64,000 bases of DNA, taken from positions 305,453 through 369,452 of the forward strand of contig CAVYGJ010000002.1 in the NCBI GenBank assembly GCA_963768035.1. Direction: 5' to 3'. Source of the DNA: an uncultured Chloroflexia bacterium. GTDB lineage: Bacteria > Chloroflexota > Limnocylindria > Limnocylindrales > CSP1-4. Below are positions 11,110 through 20,780 of this stretch, in pieces. The position numbers and the translations under genes were made by a program. The notes under the pieces are model-generated. The model saw nothing but the letters and a program-made list of their open reading frames with translations. It did no database searches and was not told where the DNA came from. Within the stretch, counting starts at the first letter, position 1. The number at the start of each line of letters is the position of its first letter.

Positions 11110-12898
11110 ATGCGCGCCATGCAGCGGACGCGGATGGGCGTGGGGGCAGCGGCCGGGCTGTTCGCGGCGGTGGTCGCGTTCGGTCTCGGCTCGACGTGGC
11201 TCGCCACGCGGCCGCCGTCGATCGCGCTTGGCGTCGAGCCCGCCGATGCGGTCTTCCTGTTCGTCGCAGCGGGGCTCGCGCTCGCCGGCGCGGGATGTGC
11301 GGCGCTGGTCGCCTACCCGGGAGAGGCGTTCGGGCGCCTCACGGTCGCTGCGTCGCTCGCGTGGTTCGCCGCCGGCTGGACGAGCCCCGGGACCGGCATC
11401 TCGCTGCTGTTCACGGCCGGGCTGGTGCTCGCATCTGCGACCGCGCCCCTCGTGGGCCACGCGATCCTCGGCTACGGGACGAGCGTCACGGGTCCGATGC
11501 GGATCCTCGTCGCGACCGGATACGTCGCGTGCATCGTGCTGGTCGGGCTCGTTCCTGCCGTCACGGGCGCCTCGACGGCGGACTGCGTCGCCTGCCCGAC
11601 GAGCTTGCTCGGGCTGGTGGACGCGCCCGCCGCCGGTCGGACCGCGGCGTCGGCCGGGCTCGCGCTCGCCGCCGCCTGGGCGGCCATGGTCGCCGTCGTC
11701 GCGGGCGTCCGGGTCGCGCGTGCCTCGGCCGCCGCACGTCGTCTGATCGGCCCCGTCGTGATCCCCGGCGTCGATCGCGATCGCCGCCTTCGGGCTGGAC
11801 GCCGCCCGAAGCATCCCGCGCGGGTGGATCGGCGTCGACGAGATCGACCGCGTGACGTGGGCCGTCCGGGCCGTCGCGCTGATCGTGCTTGCTGTGGGCT
11901 CCGGGGCCCGGATCGTCCGGGGCCGTCGGACCAGGGACGCGATCGCGGCGATCGTCCTCGACCTCGCTCGGGGGACCGAGGCGGGTCGGCTGCAGGACAG
12001 GCTCCGCTCCGTGCTCGGCGACCCCGGCCTCGTGCTCGCGTACCCGACCGGCGACGGGCGTCTCGTCGATGCGACGGGGCGCGACCGCGCCGCCGCTCGA
12101 TGGCCCCGGACGGCACGCGACACCGCTGGTCCGCGACGGCGACGTCGTCGCGGTCATCGGGCACCGGGCGGGCATCGAGCTGGATCGCCGACCGGATGAC
12201 CGGGATCGCGGCCGGCGCCGGCCTCGCGCTCGACCACGAGCGGCTCCTGGCGGAGTCCCGCGCGCGCCTCGCCGACATCCGCGCCTCGCGGGCCCGCGTC
12301 GTCGAGGCCGGCGATCGCGAGCGCGCGCGCCTCGAGCGGGATCTTCACGATGGGGCACAGCAGCGCCTCGCCGGGCTCGCCCTCGCGGTCCGGGTCGCGC
12401 GGTCGGGCCTCGTCGCCGGCGGCGCGGTGATCCAGGGCGAGTCGTCGGCGTCCGGGAGGGCCGCGGCGGCACTCGCCGACGCCGAGACCGAGGTCCGGGC
12501 CGCAATCGCCGACGTGCGCGAGGTCGCGCACGGGATCTATCCCGCGGTGCTGGCCGACATGGGTCTCGGACCCGCGGTCGTCGCGCTCGCCGAGACCGGG
12601 TCCGTCATCTATGTCGTCGAGAAGATGCCCGCCGAGCGCCTCCCCGTAGCCGTCGAGGCGACGGCCTACCTCGTGATCGCCGAGACGCCGGCCCGCGCCG
12701 GCGCCGTCCACGCGACGGTCGGCTCCGAGGTCGTCGGACGGCCGGCTCCGGGTTCGCATCGTCCTCGACGGTGTCGCCGGCCGGGACGTGGAGCTGACCG
12801 ACCTCGAGGATCGCGTCGGTGCGCTCGACGGCTCGCTCGTGGCCACGCAGGATGGCGAGACGATGGTGATCGAGGTGACCCTCCCATGCGCGTCGTGA
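11110..12898 (+). CDS. HisKA_3-type sensor kinase paralog 2 with an intact H-box and a degenerate ATPase domain; about 4 frame breaks (about 11767, 12080, 12183, 12749)
   Basis: Polytopic N-terminus. Then ...LQDRLRSVLGDPGLVLAYPTGDGRLVDATGR / PPLDGPGRHATPLVRDGDVVAVIGHRAGIELD / ...RARLERDLHDGAQQRL...HGIYPAVL...VEATAYLVIAETPARAG / GRLRVRIVLDGVAGRDVELTDLEDRVGALDGSL...TLPCAS, stopping at 12896-12898. Start ATG 11110 or 11119. Confidence 0.7.
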
Positions 12899-13533
12899 TC
12901 GCCGACGACGAGCTCCTCCTCCGCGAGGGCCTCGCGCGGCTCCTCACGGACGCCGGGATCGAGGTCGTGGGCACCGCATCGACGGGCGAGGATCTCCTGC
13001 GTCGAGTCGCCGTCTCGCGGCCCGACGTCGCACTCGTCGACATCCGGATGCCACCGACGCACACCGACGAGGGCCTGCGCGCGGCCGAGGAGATCCGGGC
13101 GTCGTACCCGGAGGTCGGCGTGCTCGTCCTGAGCCATCACGTCGAGTCGGCGTACGCGATGCGACTGCTCGCCGACCACCCGGAGCGGTCCGGCTACCTG
13201 CTCAAGGACCGGATCTCGGACATCGCCGTGCTGACGGACGCCCTGCAGCGGCTGACCGAGGGCGAGTCCGTCGTGGACCCGACGATCGTGAGCCGTCTGC
13301 TCCGTCGGCCGCGCGACCCGGACCCGCTCGCGGACCTCACCGAGCGTGAGCGCGAGGTGCTCGGGCTGATCGCCGAGGGACGGTCGAACCAGGCGATCTC
13401 GGACCGGCTCGGCCTGAGCCCGAAGACGGTCGAGGCGCACATCCGCGCGATCTTCATGAAGCTCGACCTCGAGGAGGCGCGCGACGACCACCGGCGCGTG
13501 CTCGCGGTCCTCGCGTGGCTTCGGGCCGGCTGA
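12886..13533 (+). CDS. NarL/LuxR-family response regulator
   Basis: MRVVIADDELLLREGL...DVALVDIRMPP receiver domain plus C-terminal LTEREREVLGLIAEGRSNQAISDRLGLSPKTVEAHIRAIFMKL HTH. Overlaps the kinase stop by 13 nt. Confidence 0.9.
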   Translation: MRVVIADDELLLREGLARLLTDAGIEVVGTASTGEDLLRRVAVSRPDVALVDIRMPPTHTDEGLRAAEEIRASYPEVGVLVLSHHVESAYAMRLLADHPERSGYLLKDRISDIAVLTDALQRLTEGESVVDPTIVSRLLRRPRDPDPLADLTEREREVLGLIAEGRSNQAISDRLGLSPKTVEAHIRAIFMKLDLEEARDDHRRVLAVLAWLRAG

Positions 13534-13540
13534 CGCGCTC

Positions 13541-13870
13541 GGCGGCGCCTGCGAGTCGACGAATTCGCCGGGTTGGGGCCCGGATCGGCGGATCTGTCGC
13601 CTCCTGGTCGACGGGATCGCCCAGGCGCCACCGACATCGGCAGTTTCGTCGCCGGAGAGTCGCCAGTTGCACGGTACCGGCTTCCCGGGCGGCGAATCCG
13701 TCGCCTGGGAGTCGCCGCCGGGCCAGCGCGTTGCCTGGGAGTCAACCAAATCGAGCCGGTCGACGCATCAGCTCGCGATCGTTGACTGTCCGGCACGATC
13801 TGCGGCCAGGGCCAATCGGGCGTCCGGCTCCGGAGTCGGCCCAGCCCGGTTTGGTAGCCGTGGAGTCAAC
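13541..13870. repeat. array of GAGTC-containing direct repeats in the intergenic region upstream of the hrcA promoter
   Basis: GAGTC occurs at 13553, 13657, 13709, 13739, 13833 and 13863. Exact 11-mer GCCTGGGAGTC at 13703 and 13733. Exact 9-mer GGAGTCAAC at 13738 and 13862. Inverse GTTGAC at 13781 and 13898. Confidence 0.7.
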
Positions 13871-13898
13871 ACGCCGCCGACGGGGCGTTCGTCCCGCG

Positions 13899-13928
13899 TT
13901 GACACTCGCACGGCGCGAGCGCTAGACT
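13899..13928 (+). promoter_or_regulatory. sigma-70/SigA-type promoter of the hrcA-grpE-dnaK operon
   Basis: TTGACA (13899-13904), 18-nt spacer, TAGACT (13923-13928), directly upstream of CIRCE. Confidence 0.6.
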
Positions 13929-13941
13929 TTCGACACCGCAG

Positions 13942-13968
13942 TTAGCACTCTCATGGTTCGAGTGCTAA
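13942..13968 (+). promoter_or_regulatory. CIRCE operator (HrcA binding site)
   Basis: Perfect TTAGCACTC-N9-GAGTGCTAA (13942-13950 / 13960-13968), 20 nt upstream of hrcA. Confidence 0.92.
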
Positions 13969-13987
13969 CCACTGCAGGAGAGGCTCC

Positions 13988-15049
13988 ATGGCGCGTCGAG
14001 TGCGCTCCAGCGGCCCCCTTGATCTTCGCTCCCAGGCGATCCTTCGGGCCGTCATCGAGGAATACGTGACCACCGCCCAGCCGGTGGGCAGCCAGGCGCT
14101 CGTGGAGCGCTATCGCCTCGGCGTGTCCAGCGCCACCGTGCGCGCCGTGCTCGCGGAGCTGGAGGCGGCCGAGCTGCTGACGCATCCGCACACGAGCGCG
14201 GGGCGCGTTCCCACGGAGCAGGGCTACCGCTACTTCGTGGAGTCGATCATCGAGAGCGCGCCGCTGCCGCCCGTCGAGCAGCTGATGATCCGCCACCAGT
14301 TCGGGCAGGTCGAGTACGCGAGCGAGCACTGGTTCCGCCTCGCCGCCACGACGCTCGCGAGCCTCACCCGCGCCGCCGGCCTCGCGACACCCGCCAAGCC
14401 GAGCACCGCGCACCTGCGCCACCTCGACCTCGTCGCGATCAGCGACCGCCTCGCGAGCCTCATCCTCGTGCTTCGAGAGGGCAGCCTGAAGCAGGTCCTC
14501 GTGACGCTCGACGAGCCGACGGACCAGGCCGACCTGTCGGCCGCGGCGGCCTTCCTCAACGACCTCCTCGCGGGCCTCACCGCCGATGACGCCGAGCGCG
14601 TCCTCGGGCGGCTCGACCCGGCCGATCCCACGGTCGCGCTCCACCGCCGCGTCGGCGAGCGCGTCGTGCGCAGCCTCCACGAGTTCGACAGCGCCGCCAT
14701 CGAGGAGCTGTTCAGCGACGGCCTGCTCAACGTGATGGCCGCGCCCGAGTTCGCCCAGAGCGAGAAGCTCCGGCGCGTGTTCGCGGCGCTCGAGAACCGC
14801 GCCTATCTCGCCGAGCTCATCAGCGGCGTCGCGGGGGCGGGCACGGTCCGCGTCTTCATCGGCAGCGAGAACCCGGCCGAGGACATGGCCGACGTCTCGC
14901 TCGTCCTCGCCCCGTACGGGCGCCCGGGCCGCGCCGTCGGCGTGGTCGGCGTCCTCGGGCCGACGCGCATGTCGTACCCCCAGGCGATCGGCACCGTCCG
15001 GTTCATCAGCGGGCTGATGAACGAGCTCATCGACCACCTCTACGCATGA
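13988..15049 (+). CDS. hrcA: heat-inducible transcription repressor HrcA
   Basis: 353-aa ORF. N-terminal winged-helix LRSQAILRAVIEEYVTTAQPVGSQALVERY. AGGAGAGG SD. Sits behind CIRCE and ahead of grpE-dnaK. Confidence 0.95.
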   Translation: MARRVRSSGPLDLRSQAILRAVIEEYVTTAQPVGSQALVERYRLGVSSATVRAVLAELEAAELLTHPHTSAGRVPTEQGYRYFVESIIESAPLPPVEQLMIRHQFGQVEYASEHWFRLAATTLASLTRAAGLATPAKPSTAHLRHLDLVAISDRLASLILVLREGSLKQVLVTLDEPTDQADLSAAAAFLNDLLAGLTADDAERVLGRLDPADPTVALHRRVGERVVRSLHEFDSAAIEELFSDGLLNVMAAPEFAQSEKLRRVFAALENRAYLAELISGVAGAGTVRVFIGSENPAEDMADVSLVLAPYGRPGRAVGVVGVLGPTRMSYPQAIGTVRFISGLMNELIDHLYA

Positions 15050-15696
15050 CCCAACCCCGGAGATCCATGAACCGCAAGACCCGCGCCGAGCAGCGGATCG
15101 AGGAGCTCGACGTCTCCCCGGCCGCCCTCATCGCCGCCCTCGAGAAGACCGTCGCCGACCGCGACGAGGCCGTCGTCGCGCGCGACGAGGCCGTCGCCAA
15201 GGCCGACGAGTACCTGTCCGCGCTCCAGCGCGAGCGGGCGGAGTTCACCAACTTCAAGCGTCGGACGACCGAGGAACGCAACCGCGACGCCGGCCTGGCC
15301 GGCGAGGACCTCATCCGCAAGGTCCTCGTCCTCGCGGACGACTTCGACCGCGCGATCGCCAACGCGCCGGCGAGCCTCGAGGGCGACCCCTGGTTCGACG
15401 GCATCGCCGCCATCGACCGCAAGCTGCGCCTGCTCCTCGAGAGCGAGGGCGTGACGACCGTCGAGGCCGGGCCGGGCATGGCGTTCGACCCGCGCGAGCA
15501 CGAGGCCGTCGTGAGCGTCCCGGGCACCGGCCGTGCCGACGGCGAGATCGTCGACGAGATCCGGCGCGGCTACCGGCTCCGTGACCGCGTGATCCGCCCG
15601 GCGCTCGTCGCCGTGGCCAGCGCGGGCGACGGTGACAGTCGCCGACGGCCCCATCAACTGATCCATCCCCTTCAACCCGAACACAACCCTCACTGA
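15046..15696 (+). CDS. grpE: nucleotide exchange factor GrpE
   Basis: ATGA overlap with the hrcA stop. Coiled-coil N-terminus, [12 protein letters not shown] motif and C-terminal ...FDPREHEAV...[14 protein letters not shown]. Confidence 0.9.
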   Translation: MTQPRRSMNRKTRAEQRIEELDVSPAALIAALEKTVADRDEAVVARDEAVAKADEYLSALQRERAEFTNFKRRTTEERNRDAGLAGEDLIRKVLVLADDFDRAIANAPASLEGDPWFDGIAAIDRKLRLLLESEGVTTVEAGPGMAFDPREHEAVVSVPGTGRADGEIVDEIRRGYRLRDRVIRPALVAVASAGDGDSRRRPHQLIHPLQPEHNPH

Positions 15697-15719
15697 CCGT
15701 TCAAGGAGAGACCCCGCAC

Positions 15720-17663
15720 ATGGGCAAGATCATCGGCATCGACCTCGGGACGACGAACTCCGTCGTCGCAGTGATGGAGGGCGGCGAGCCCACCGTCATC
15801 CCGAGCTCGGAAGGCAACCGCACCGTCCCCTCCGTCGTCGGCTTCAGCAAGTCCGGCGAGCGCGTGGTTGGCCAGCTGGCAAAGCGCCAGGCCGTGACCA
15901 ACCCGACCAACACCGTCTACTCGATCAAGCGCTTCATGGGCCGCCGCTGGGACGACGCGGAGGTCCAGCGCTCGAAGGGCTTCGTCCCGTACACCGTCGA
16001 GAAGGACGGCAAGTCGGACGGCATCAAGGTCGTCGCCGACGGCAAGAGCTACACGCCGCCGGAAGTCTCGGCGATGGTGCTCCAGAAGCTGAAGGCCGAC
16101 GCCGAGGCGTACCTGGGCGAGAAGGTGACCGAGGCGGTCATCACCGTCCCGGCCTACTTCGACGACACCCAGCGCCAGGCGACGAAGGACGCCGGCCGGA
16201 TCGCCGGCCTCGACGTCAAGCGGATCATCAACGAGCCGACCGCGTCGGCCCTCGCGTACGGCCTCGACAAGAAGGCCGACGAGAAGGTCGCGGTCTACGA
16301 CCTGGGCGGCGGCACGTTCGACATCTCGATCCTCGAGCTGGGCGAGGGCGTGTTCGAGGTCAAGGCCACGAACGGCGACACCCACCTCGGCGGCGACGAC
16401 TTCGACCAGCGCGTCATCGACTGGCTGCTGACCGAGTTCAAGAAGGACCAGGGCATCGACCTGGCCAAGGACCAGCAGGCCCTCCAGCGCCTCAAGGAGG
16501 CCGCCGAGAAGGCGAAGATCGAGCTGTCGTCCACCGCGTCGACCGAGATCAACCTCCCGTACATCACCGCCGACGCCTCCGGGCCGAAGCACCTCGTGAT
16601 GAACCTGACCCGGGCCAAGCTCGAGGACCTCGTCGGCGACCTCATCATCCAGACGAAGGCGCCGGTCATCGCCGCGCTCAAGGACGCGGGCCTGAAGGCC
16701 GGCGACATCGACGAGGTGATCCTCGTCGGCGGCATGACCCGCATGCCCGCGGTCGTCGAGGCCGTCAAGGCGATGTTCGGCGGCAAGGAGCCCCACAAGG
16801 GCGTCAACCCGGACGAGGTCGTGGCCATCGGGGCGGCGATCCAGGCCGGCGTGCTCGGCGGCGAGGTGAAGGACGTCCTCCTCCTCGACGTGACGCCGCT
16901 GTCGCTGGGCATCGAGACCCTCGGCGGGGTCATGACCCGGCTGATCGACCGCAACACGACGATCCCGACGTCGAAGTCGCAGGTGTTCTCGACGGCCTCT
17001 GACAACCAGAGCCAGGTCGAGATCCACGTCCTCCAGGGCGAGCGCGACTTCGCCGCGGACAACAAGACGCTCGGCCGGTTCATCCTCGACGGGATCCCGC
17101 CGGCACCGCGCGGCATCCCGCAGGTCGAGGTCACGTTCGACATCGACGCGAACGGCATCCTCGACGTCAAGGCGAAGGACCGGGCGACGGGCAAGGAGCA
17201 GCAGGTCCGGATCACGGCCTCGTCGATGCTCGACAAGAGCGCCGTGGACCAGATGGTCCGTGACGCCGAGATGCACGCGGACGAGGACAAGAAGCGGCGC
17301 GAGGAGGTCGAGATCCGCAACCAGGCGGAGCAGCTGACCTACCAGGCCGAGCGCACGATCAAGGACCTCGGCGACAAGGTGTCGTCCGAGGACCGGGCGG
17401 CGGTCGAGACCCAGGTCACCGACCTCCGCGAGGCGCTCAAGGGCTCGGACATCGCGCCGATCCAGACCGGGATGTCCACGCTCGTCGAGACGCTCTCGCG
17501 CATCTCCACGGCCGCCTACCAGGCGTCCGCGGCCGATGCCGGGGACGGCTTCTCGGGCGACGGCACCCAGGGGGAAGCCCCGAACGGGGAGGCCCCGTCC
17601 GAGGACGCCGCTCCGGCCGCCGACGCCGAGGAGGCGGTCGAGGGCGAGTTCAAGGAGGTCTAG
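15720..17663 (+). CDS. dnaK: molecular chaperone DnaK (Hsp70)
   Basis: 647-aa [52 protein letters not shown]. Confidence 0.98.
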   Translation: MGKIIGIDLGTTNSVVAVMEGGEPTVIPSSEGNRTVPSVVGFSKSGERVVGQLAKRQAVTNPTNTVYSIKRFMGRRWDDAEVQRSKGFVPYTVEKDGKSDGIKVVADGKSYTPPEVSAMVLQKLKADAEAYLGEKVTEAVITVPAYFDDTQRQATKDAGRIAGLDVKRIINEPTASALAYGLDKKADEKVAVYDLGGGTFDISILELGEGVFEVKATNGDTHLGGDDFDQRVIDWLLTEFKKDQGIDLAKDQQALQRLKEAAEKAKIELSSTASTEINLPYITADASGPKHLVMNLTRAKLEDLVGDLIIQTKAPVIAALKDAGLKAGDIDEVILVGGMTRMPAVVEAVKAMFGGKEPHKGVNPDEVVAIGAAIQAGVLGGEVKDVLLLDVTPLSLGIETLGGVMTRLIDRNTTIPTSKSQVFSTASDNQSQVEIHVLQGERDFAADNKTLGRFILDGIPPAPRGIPQVEVTFDIDANGILDVKAKDRATGKEQQVRITASSMLDKSAVDQMVRDAEMHADEDKKRREEVEIRNQAEQLTYQAERTIKDLGDKVSSEDRAAVETQVTDLREALKGSDIAPIQTGMSTLVETLSRISTAAYQASAADAGDGFSGDGTQGEAPNGEAPSEDAAPAADAEEAVEGEFKEV

Positions 17664-17688
17664 CCTCCGCTCAGTTCGTTCATTGCAC

Positions 17689-17725
17689 GGCCCGCCGGGT
17701 TCGCCCGGCGGGCCGTTCTTCGTCT
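17689..17725 (+). terminator. rho-independent terminator after dnaK
   Basis: GGCCCGCCGGG-TTCG-CCCGGCGGGCC (17689-17714), an 11-bp perfect stem, followed by the T-containing tail GTTCTTCGTCT. Confidence 0.7.
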
Positions 17726-17808
17726 CTCGCGCCGGCGCCCGCGCCCGCCGTCCGCTAATTTCCACCGATTAGCACCCACACGGGTCGTCGCGCCCGATCC
17801 GGACCCGG

Positions 17809-18543
17809 CTAGCCGTGTCGAGACTTGGCGGTGGCGGAATCGGCGGTTTTGGCGCGACGGCGGTCGTTTCGACCCGGCTGGGGACTGGATGGGAGAAACA
17901 CGATCCCGGCGACGGTGCCAACGGGGTTCGCGGCCCACTGGCGCATCGCAACCGTCCGGCCGGGGAGTGCAGCGCGGAACGTCGCGGCGTGCTGTTCCAG
18001 CCGCCGCCGCGTGGTCGTCGTGTCCGGTACGACCAGCCATCGAGAGACTGAGCTGACGTGCCACCCACGGTCGCGAGCAACCTGCGCGGCGAGGCGCACC
18101 TTCCGGTCGATGCCGGCGATCGTCGCCTGGACGTCGGGGATCGCGCTCTTCACCTCGATGACGAGGAGCGATCCCGTTGGCGGGTGGAACGCGAGCACGT
18201 CGATCGAGCCACGCTCCCCGTAGATGCTGAAGGTCGCCTCTGGCGCGACCTCCCAACCACGTGCGAGCAGCAGCCGTGTGACCTGCTCGACGAGCGCGGC
18301 GTGGTCGCGGTCGAGGAGCCGATCGAGGTTCTCTCCGTCGGCGAGAACCGTGATGCGGATGCGGGCGCCGATCGCGCCGGCTACCCGGTCAAGTGAGCGG
18401 ACTGTCAGGCGGTCGGCTACCCCACGCTCGACGCGTGAAATCGCGGATTGCGAGAGCCCGGCGGCTGTCGCGAGCTCGGCCTGGGTCCAGCCACGCCGTC
18501 GGCGGAGCGCGCGGATGCCGAGCCCGAACCGGATCGCGTCCAT
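17809..18543 (-). CDS. XRE-family HTH protein fused to a PD-(D/E)XK nuclease-like domain
   Basis: N-terminal LRRRRGWTQAELATAAGLSQSAISRVERG (Cro/C1 HTH). C-terminal part has ...YGERGSIDVLAF...GSLLVIEVKS..., matching a D...ExK restriction-endonuclease-fold signature. Confidence 0.7.
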   Translation of the reverse strand: MDAIRFGLGIRALRRRRGWTQAELATAAGLSQSAISRVERGVADRLTVRSLDRVAGAIGARIRITVLADGENLDRLLDRDHAALVEQVTRLLLARGWEVAPEATFSIYGERGSIDVLAFHPPTGSLLVIEVKSAIPDVQATIAGIDRKVRLAAQVARDRGWHVSSVSRWLVVPDTTTTRRRLEQHAATFRAALPGRTVAMRQWAANPVGTVAGIVFLPSSPQPGRNDRRRAKTADSATAKSRHG

Positions 18544-18588
18544 CGAGCGAGGATGGCGCCGGACGCTTACCTGCCGATCACCCGCGAC

Positions 18589-20634
18589 TCACGCCGCGGT
18601 GTCGGCCGGGCCTTCCTCGCGGACGTGGTCGTCGCGGCGGTAGGGGACGTCGACGACGACCGTGTGCGGGCGACCGAGCAGCATCGTGCGCAGGTGGCGG
18701 GCCGACTGGTTGTAGAGGATCCGCTCCCACCAGTGGCGGGCGACGTACTCGGGGACCACGACGAACGTGATCGGGGCGGGCTTGTCGGGCGGCCAGGCGC
18801 GGTCGAGGACCTCGAGGTATGCGGAGAGCGGCCCGGCCAGCGCCCGGTACGGCGACTCCACGACGACCAGGTCGACGCCCGGCACGTGGCGCTCCCACTT
18901 CTCGCGCATCTCGGCTGTCGCCTCCGCGTCCGCGGAGATGTAGACCGCGATCACCTGGGGCGTGATCGACCGGGCGACGTTCACGGCCCGGATCACCGCG
19001 CGGTTGAGCCCCGGCACGGGGACGATCGCCCGCTCCTCGCGGTTGGGGGCGGCCGCCACGAAGTCGTCGCGGATGGCGAGCTGGCGTGCCGATGCCGAGT
19101 ACTGGCGATGGATGAACAGCATCATCCCGACGAGCACCGGGATGAGGATCACGACGAGGTACGCGCCGGACGTGAACTTCACCGCCGTCACGACGACGAG
19201 CACGACGCCGGTCAGCACGGCGCCGAAGGCGTTGATCGTCAGTCGCCGGCGCCAGCCCGACTCCTGGTTCCGCAGCCAGTGGAGGACCATGCCGCCCTGG
19301 CTCAACGTGAAGCATACGAACACGCCGACCGAGTACAGCGGGATGAGCAGGGTCGTGACACCGCCGAACGCGACCAGCAGCGCGACCGCCACCGTCGACA
19401 GCAGGATGATCCCCCACGAGAACGCGAGCCGATCGCCGCGGAACGAGAACTGGCGGGGCATGTAGCCGTCCTCGGCGAGCAGCGCCGCGAGGCGGGGGAA
19501 CGCGTTGAACGAGGTGTTGGCGGCGAGGAACAGGATCAGGGCCGTCGCGATCTGGAAGGTGTAGTACAGCGGGCTGTCGTTGCCGAACGCGGTCTGCGCC
19601 ACGAGCGCGATGACGGTCGGCCCGCCCGAGCCCTCCACCGACGGGACGATCTGGTACGCGTCGGCGACGATCGTGATCCCGATGAACAGCACGGCGAGCA
19701 GGACCGCCATGATCACGAGCGTGTTCGCGGCATTCTTCGCCTCGGGCGGCTTGAATGCCGGCACGCCGTTGGCGACGGCTTCGACGCCGGTGAGCGCGAC
19801 CGAGCCGCTGGCGAAGGCCCGCAGGACGAGGAAGATGCCGATCGCCTCGGTGCCCATGGGCACGGCCTCGGGGTGCGGCGGCAGGGTGGTCGCCGAGCCG
19901 GTGAGGATGTGGACCGCGCCGATCGCGACGATCGCCAGTGCCAGGACGGCGAACAGGTAGGTCGGGATCGCGAAGATGTTCCCCGACTCGCGGAGGCCGC
20001 GCAGGTTGGCGATCGTGATGAGGGTGATCGCCACGACCGCGAGCTGGACCCGGAAGTCGTTGATCCCGGGGTTGATCGAGATCAGCTGCTCGACCGCGGA
20101 CGAGGTCGACACCGCGACGGTCATGACGTAGTCGATGAGCAGCGCCGCGGCGGCGACGAGCCCGAGCAACGGCGAGAGCTCCTGGCGGGCGACGGCGTAC
20201 GCGCCGCCGCCGTTGGGGAACGCCCGGCAGACCTGGCGGTACGAGATCGCGACGACGGCGAGCATCACGGCGATCGCCGCGGCGACCTCGACGCTGAGCA
20301 GGAATGCCGCCGCACCGCCGACGACGAGCACGCGCAGGATCTCCTCCGTCGCGTACGCGGAGGACGAGATCGCGTCCGAGCTGAAGATCGGCAGGGCGAG
20401 GCGCTTCGACAGGCGCTCGCCGGCCTCCTCCTCGTTGGCCAGCGGACGGCCGATGAGCCACGACTTGGCGCGCAGCAGGCCACGCCCGAGCGGCGTGCGC
20501 GGGACGTTGGCGGACGGCTTGGCGACCAGCTGGTTGACGCCGGTGTAGCGGAAGTACGCCGTGTGCGGCCGTTCCACGCGGACGCGTCGGTCGCCCGGCT
20601 TGCGGCCCGAGATGGGTTTCCGTCCGCCGATCAC
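18589..20634 (-). CDS. APC-superfamily transporter, KimA-like (putative K+/H+ symporter) with a C-terminal cytoplasmic domain
   Basis: 681-aa ORF. N-terminal ...WLIGRPLANEEEAGERLSKRLALPIFSSDAISSSAYATEEIL resembles the KimA/YdaO-type N-terminus as I recall it. About 12 TM segments plus a roughly 200-aa soluble tail. The true start is uncertain; 20634 is the upstream limit. Confidence 0.7.
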   Translation of the reverse strand: MIGGRKPISGRKPGDRRVRVERPHTAYFRYTGVNQLVAKPSANVPRTPLGRGLLRAKSWLIGRPLANEEEAGERLSKRLALPIFSSDAISSSAYATEEILRVLVVGGAAAFLLSVEVAAAIAVMLAVVAISYRQVCRAFPNGGGAYAVARQELSPLLGLVAAAALLIDYVMTVAVSTSSAVEQLISINPGINDFRVQLAVVAITLITIANLRGLRESGNIFAIPTYLFAVLALAIVAIGAVHILTGSATTLPPHPEAVPMGTEAIGIFLVLRAFASGSVALTGVEAVANGVPAFKPPEAKNAANTLVIMAVLLAVLFIGITIVADAYQIVPSVEGSGGPTVIALVAQTAFGNDSPLYYTFQIATALILFLAANTSFNAFPRLAALLAEDGYMPRQFSFRGDRLAFSWGIILLSTVAVALLVAFGGVTTLLIPLYSVGVFVCFTLSQGGMVLHWLRNQESGWRRRLTINAFGAVLTGVVLVVVTAVKFTSGAYLVVILIPVLVGMMLFIHRQYSASARQLAIRDDFVAAAPNREERAIVPVPGLNRAVIRAVNVARSITPQVIAVYISADAEATAEMREKWERHVPGVDLVVVESPYRALAGPLSAYLEVLDRAWPPDKPAPITFVVVPEYVARHWWERILYNQSARHLRTMLLGRPHTVVVDVPYRRDDHVREEGPADTAA

Positions 20635-20780
20635 GGGCGATGTCCCGGACGAGCGCGATCGTCGCGGTCACGTGTGGGGGTCGCGCGCCGTCGTCGGCCG
20701 CGGAGGTCCGGTACATCGCGACAGTATCGCCCCGAACGACAAGCAGAACCGCACGTCCCCGCGCCGCTAGACTCGGCGAC

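Noticed and set aside
13515-13945. Overlapping 70-136-aa ORFs in the regulator-hrcA spacer, one with a repeated VAWES peptide.
   Set aside because: The peptide repeat only mirrors the GCCTGGGAGTC DNA repeat. There is no SD, no coding-like codon bias and no motif. The region is treated as non-coding.
13540-13990. HAIR (HspR) operator upstream of the chaperone operon.
   Set aside because: There is no CTTGAGT-N7-ACTCAAG-like sequence. The only canonical heat-shock operator is CIRCE, and no hspR gene follows dnaK or dnaJ here.
20635-20780. Possible c-di-AMP (ydaO-type) riboswitch ahead of the KimA-like or TrkH genes.
   Set aside because: The spacer is only about 146 nt and is shared by two divergent promoters, and I could not find the conserved cores by eye. 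A covariance-model scan would be needed to exclude it formally.
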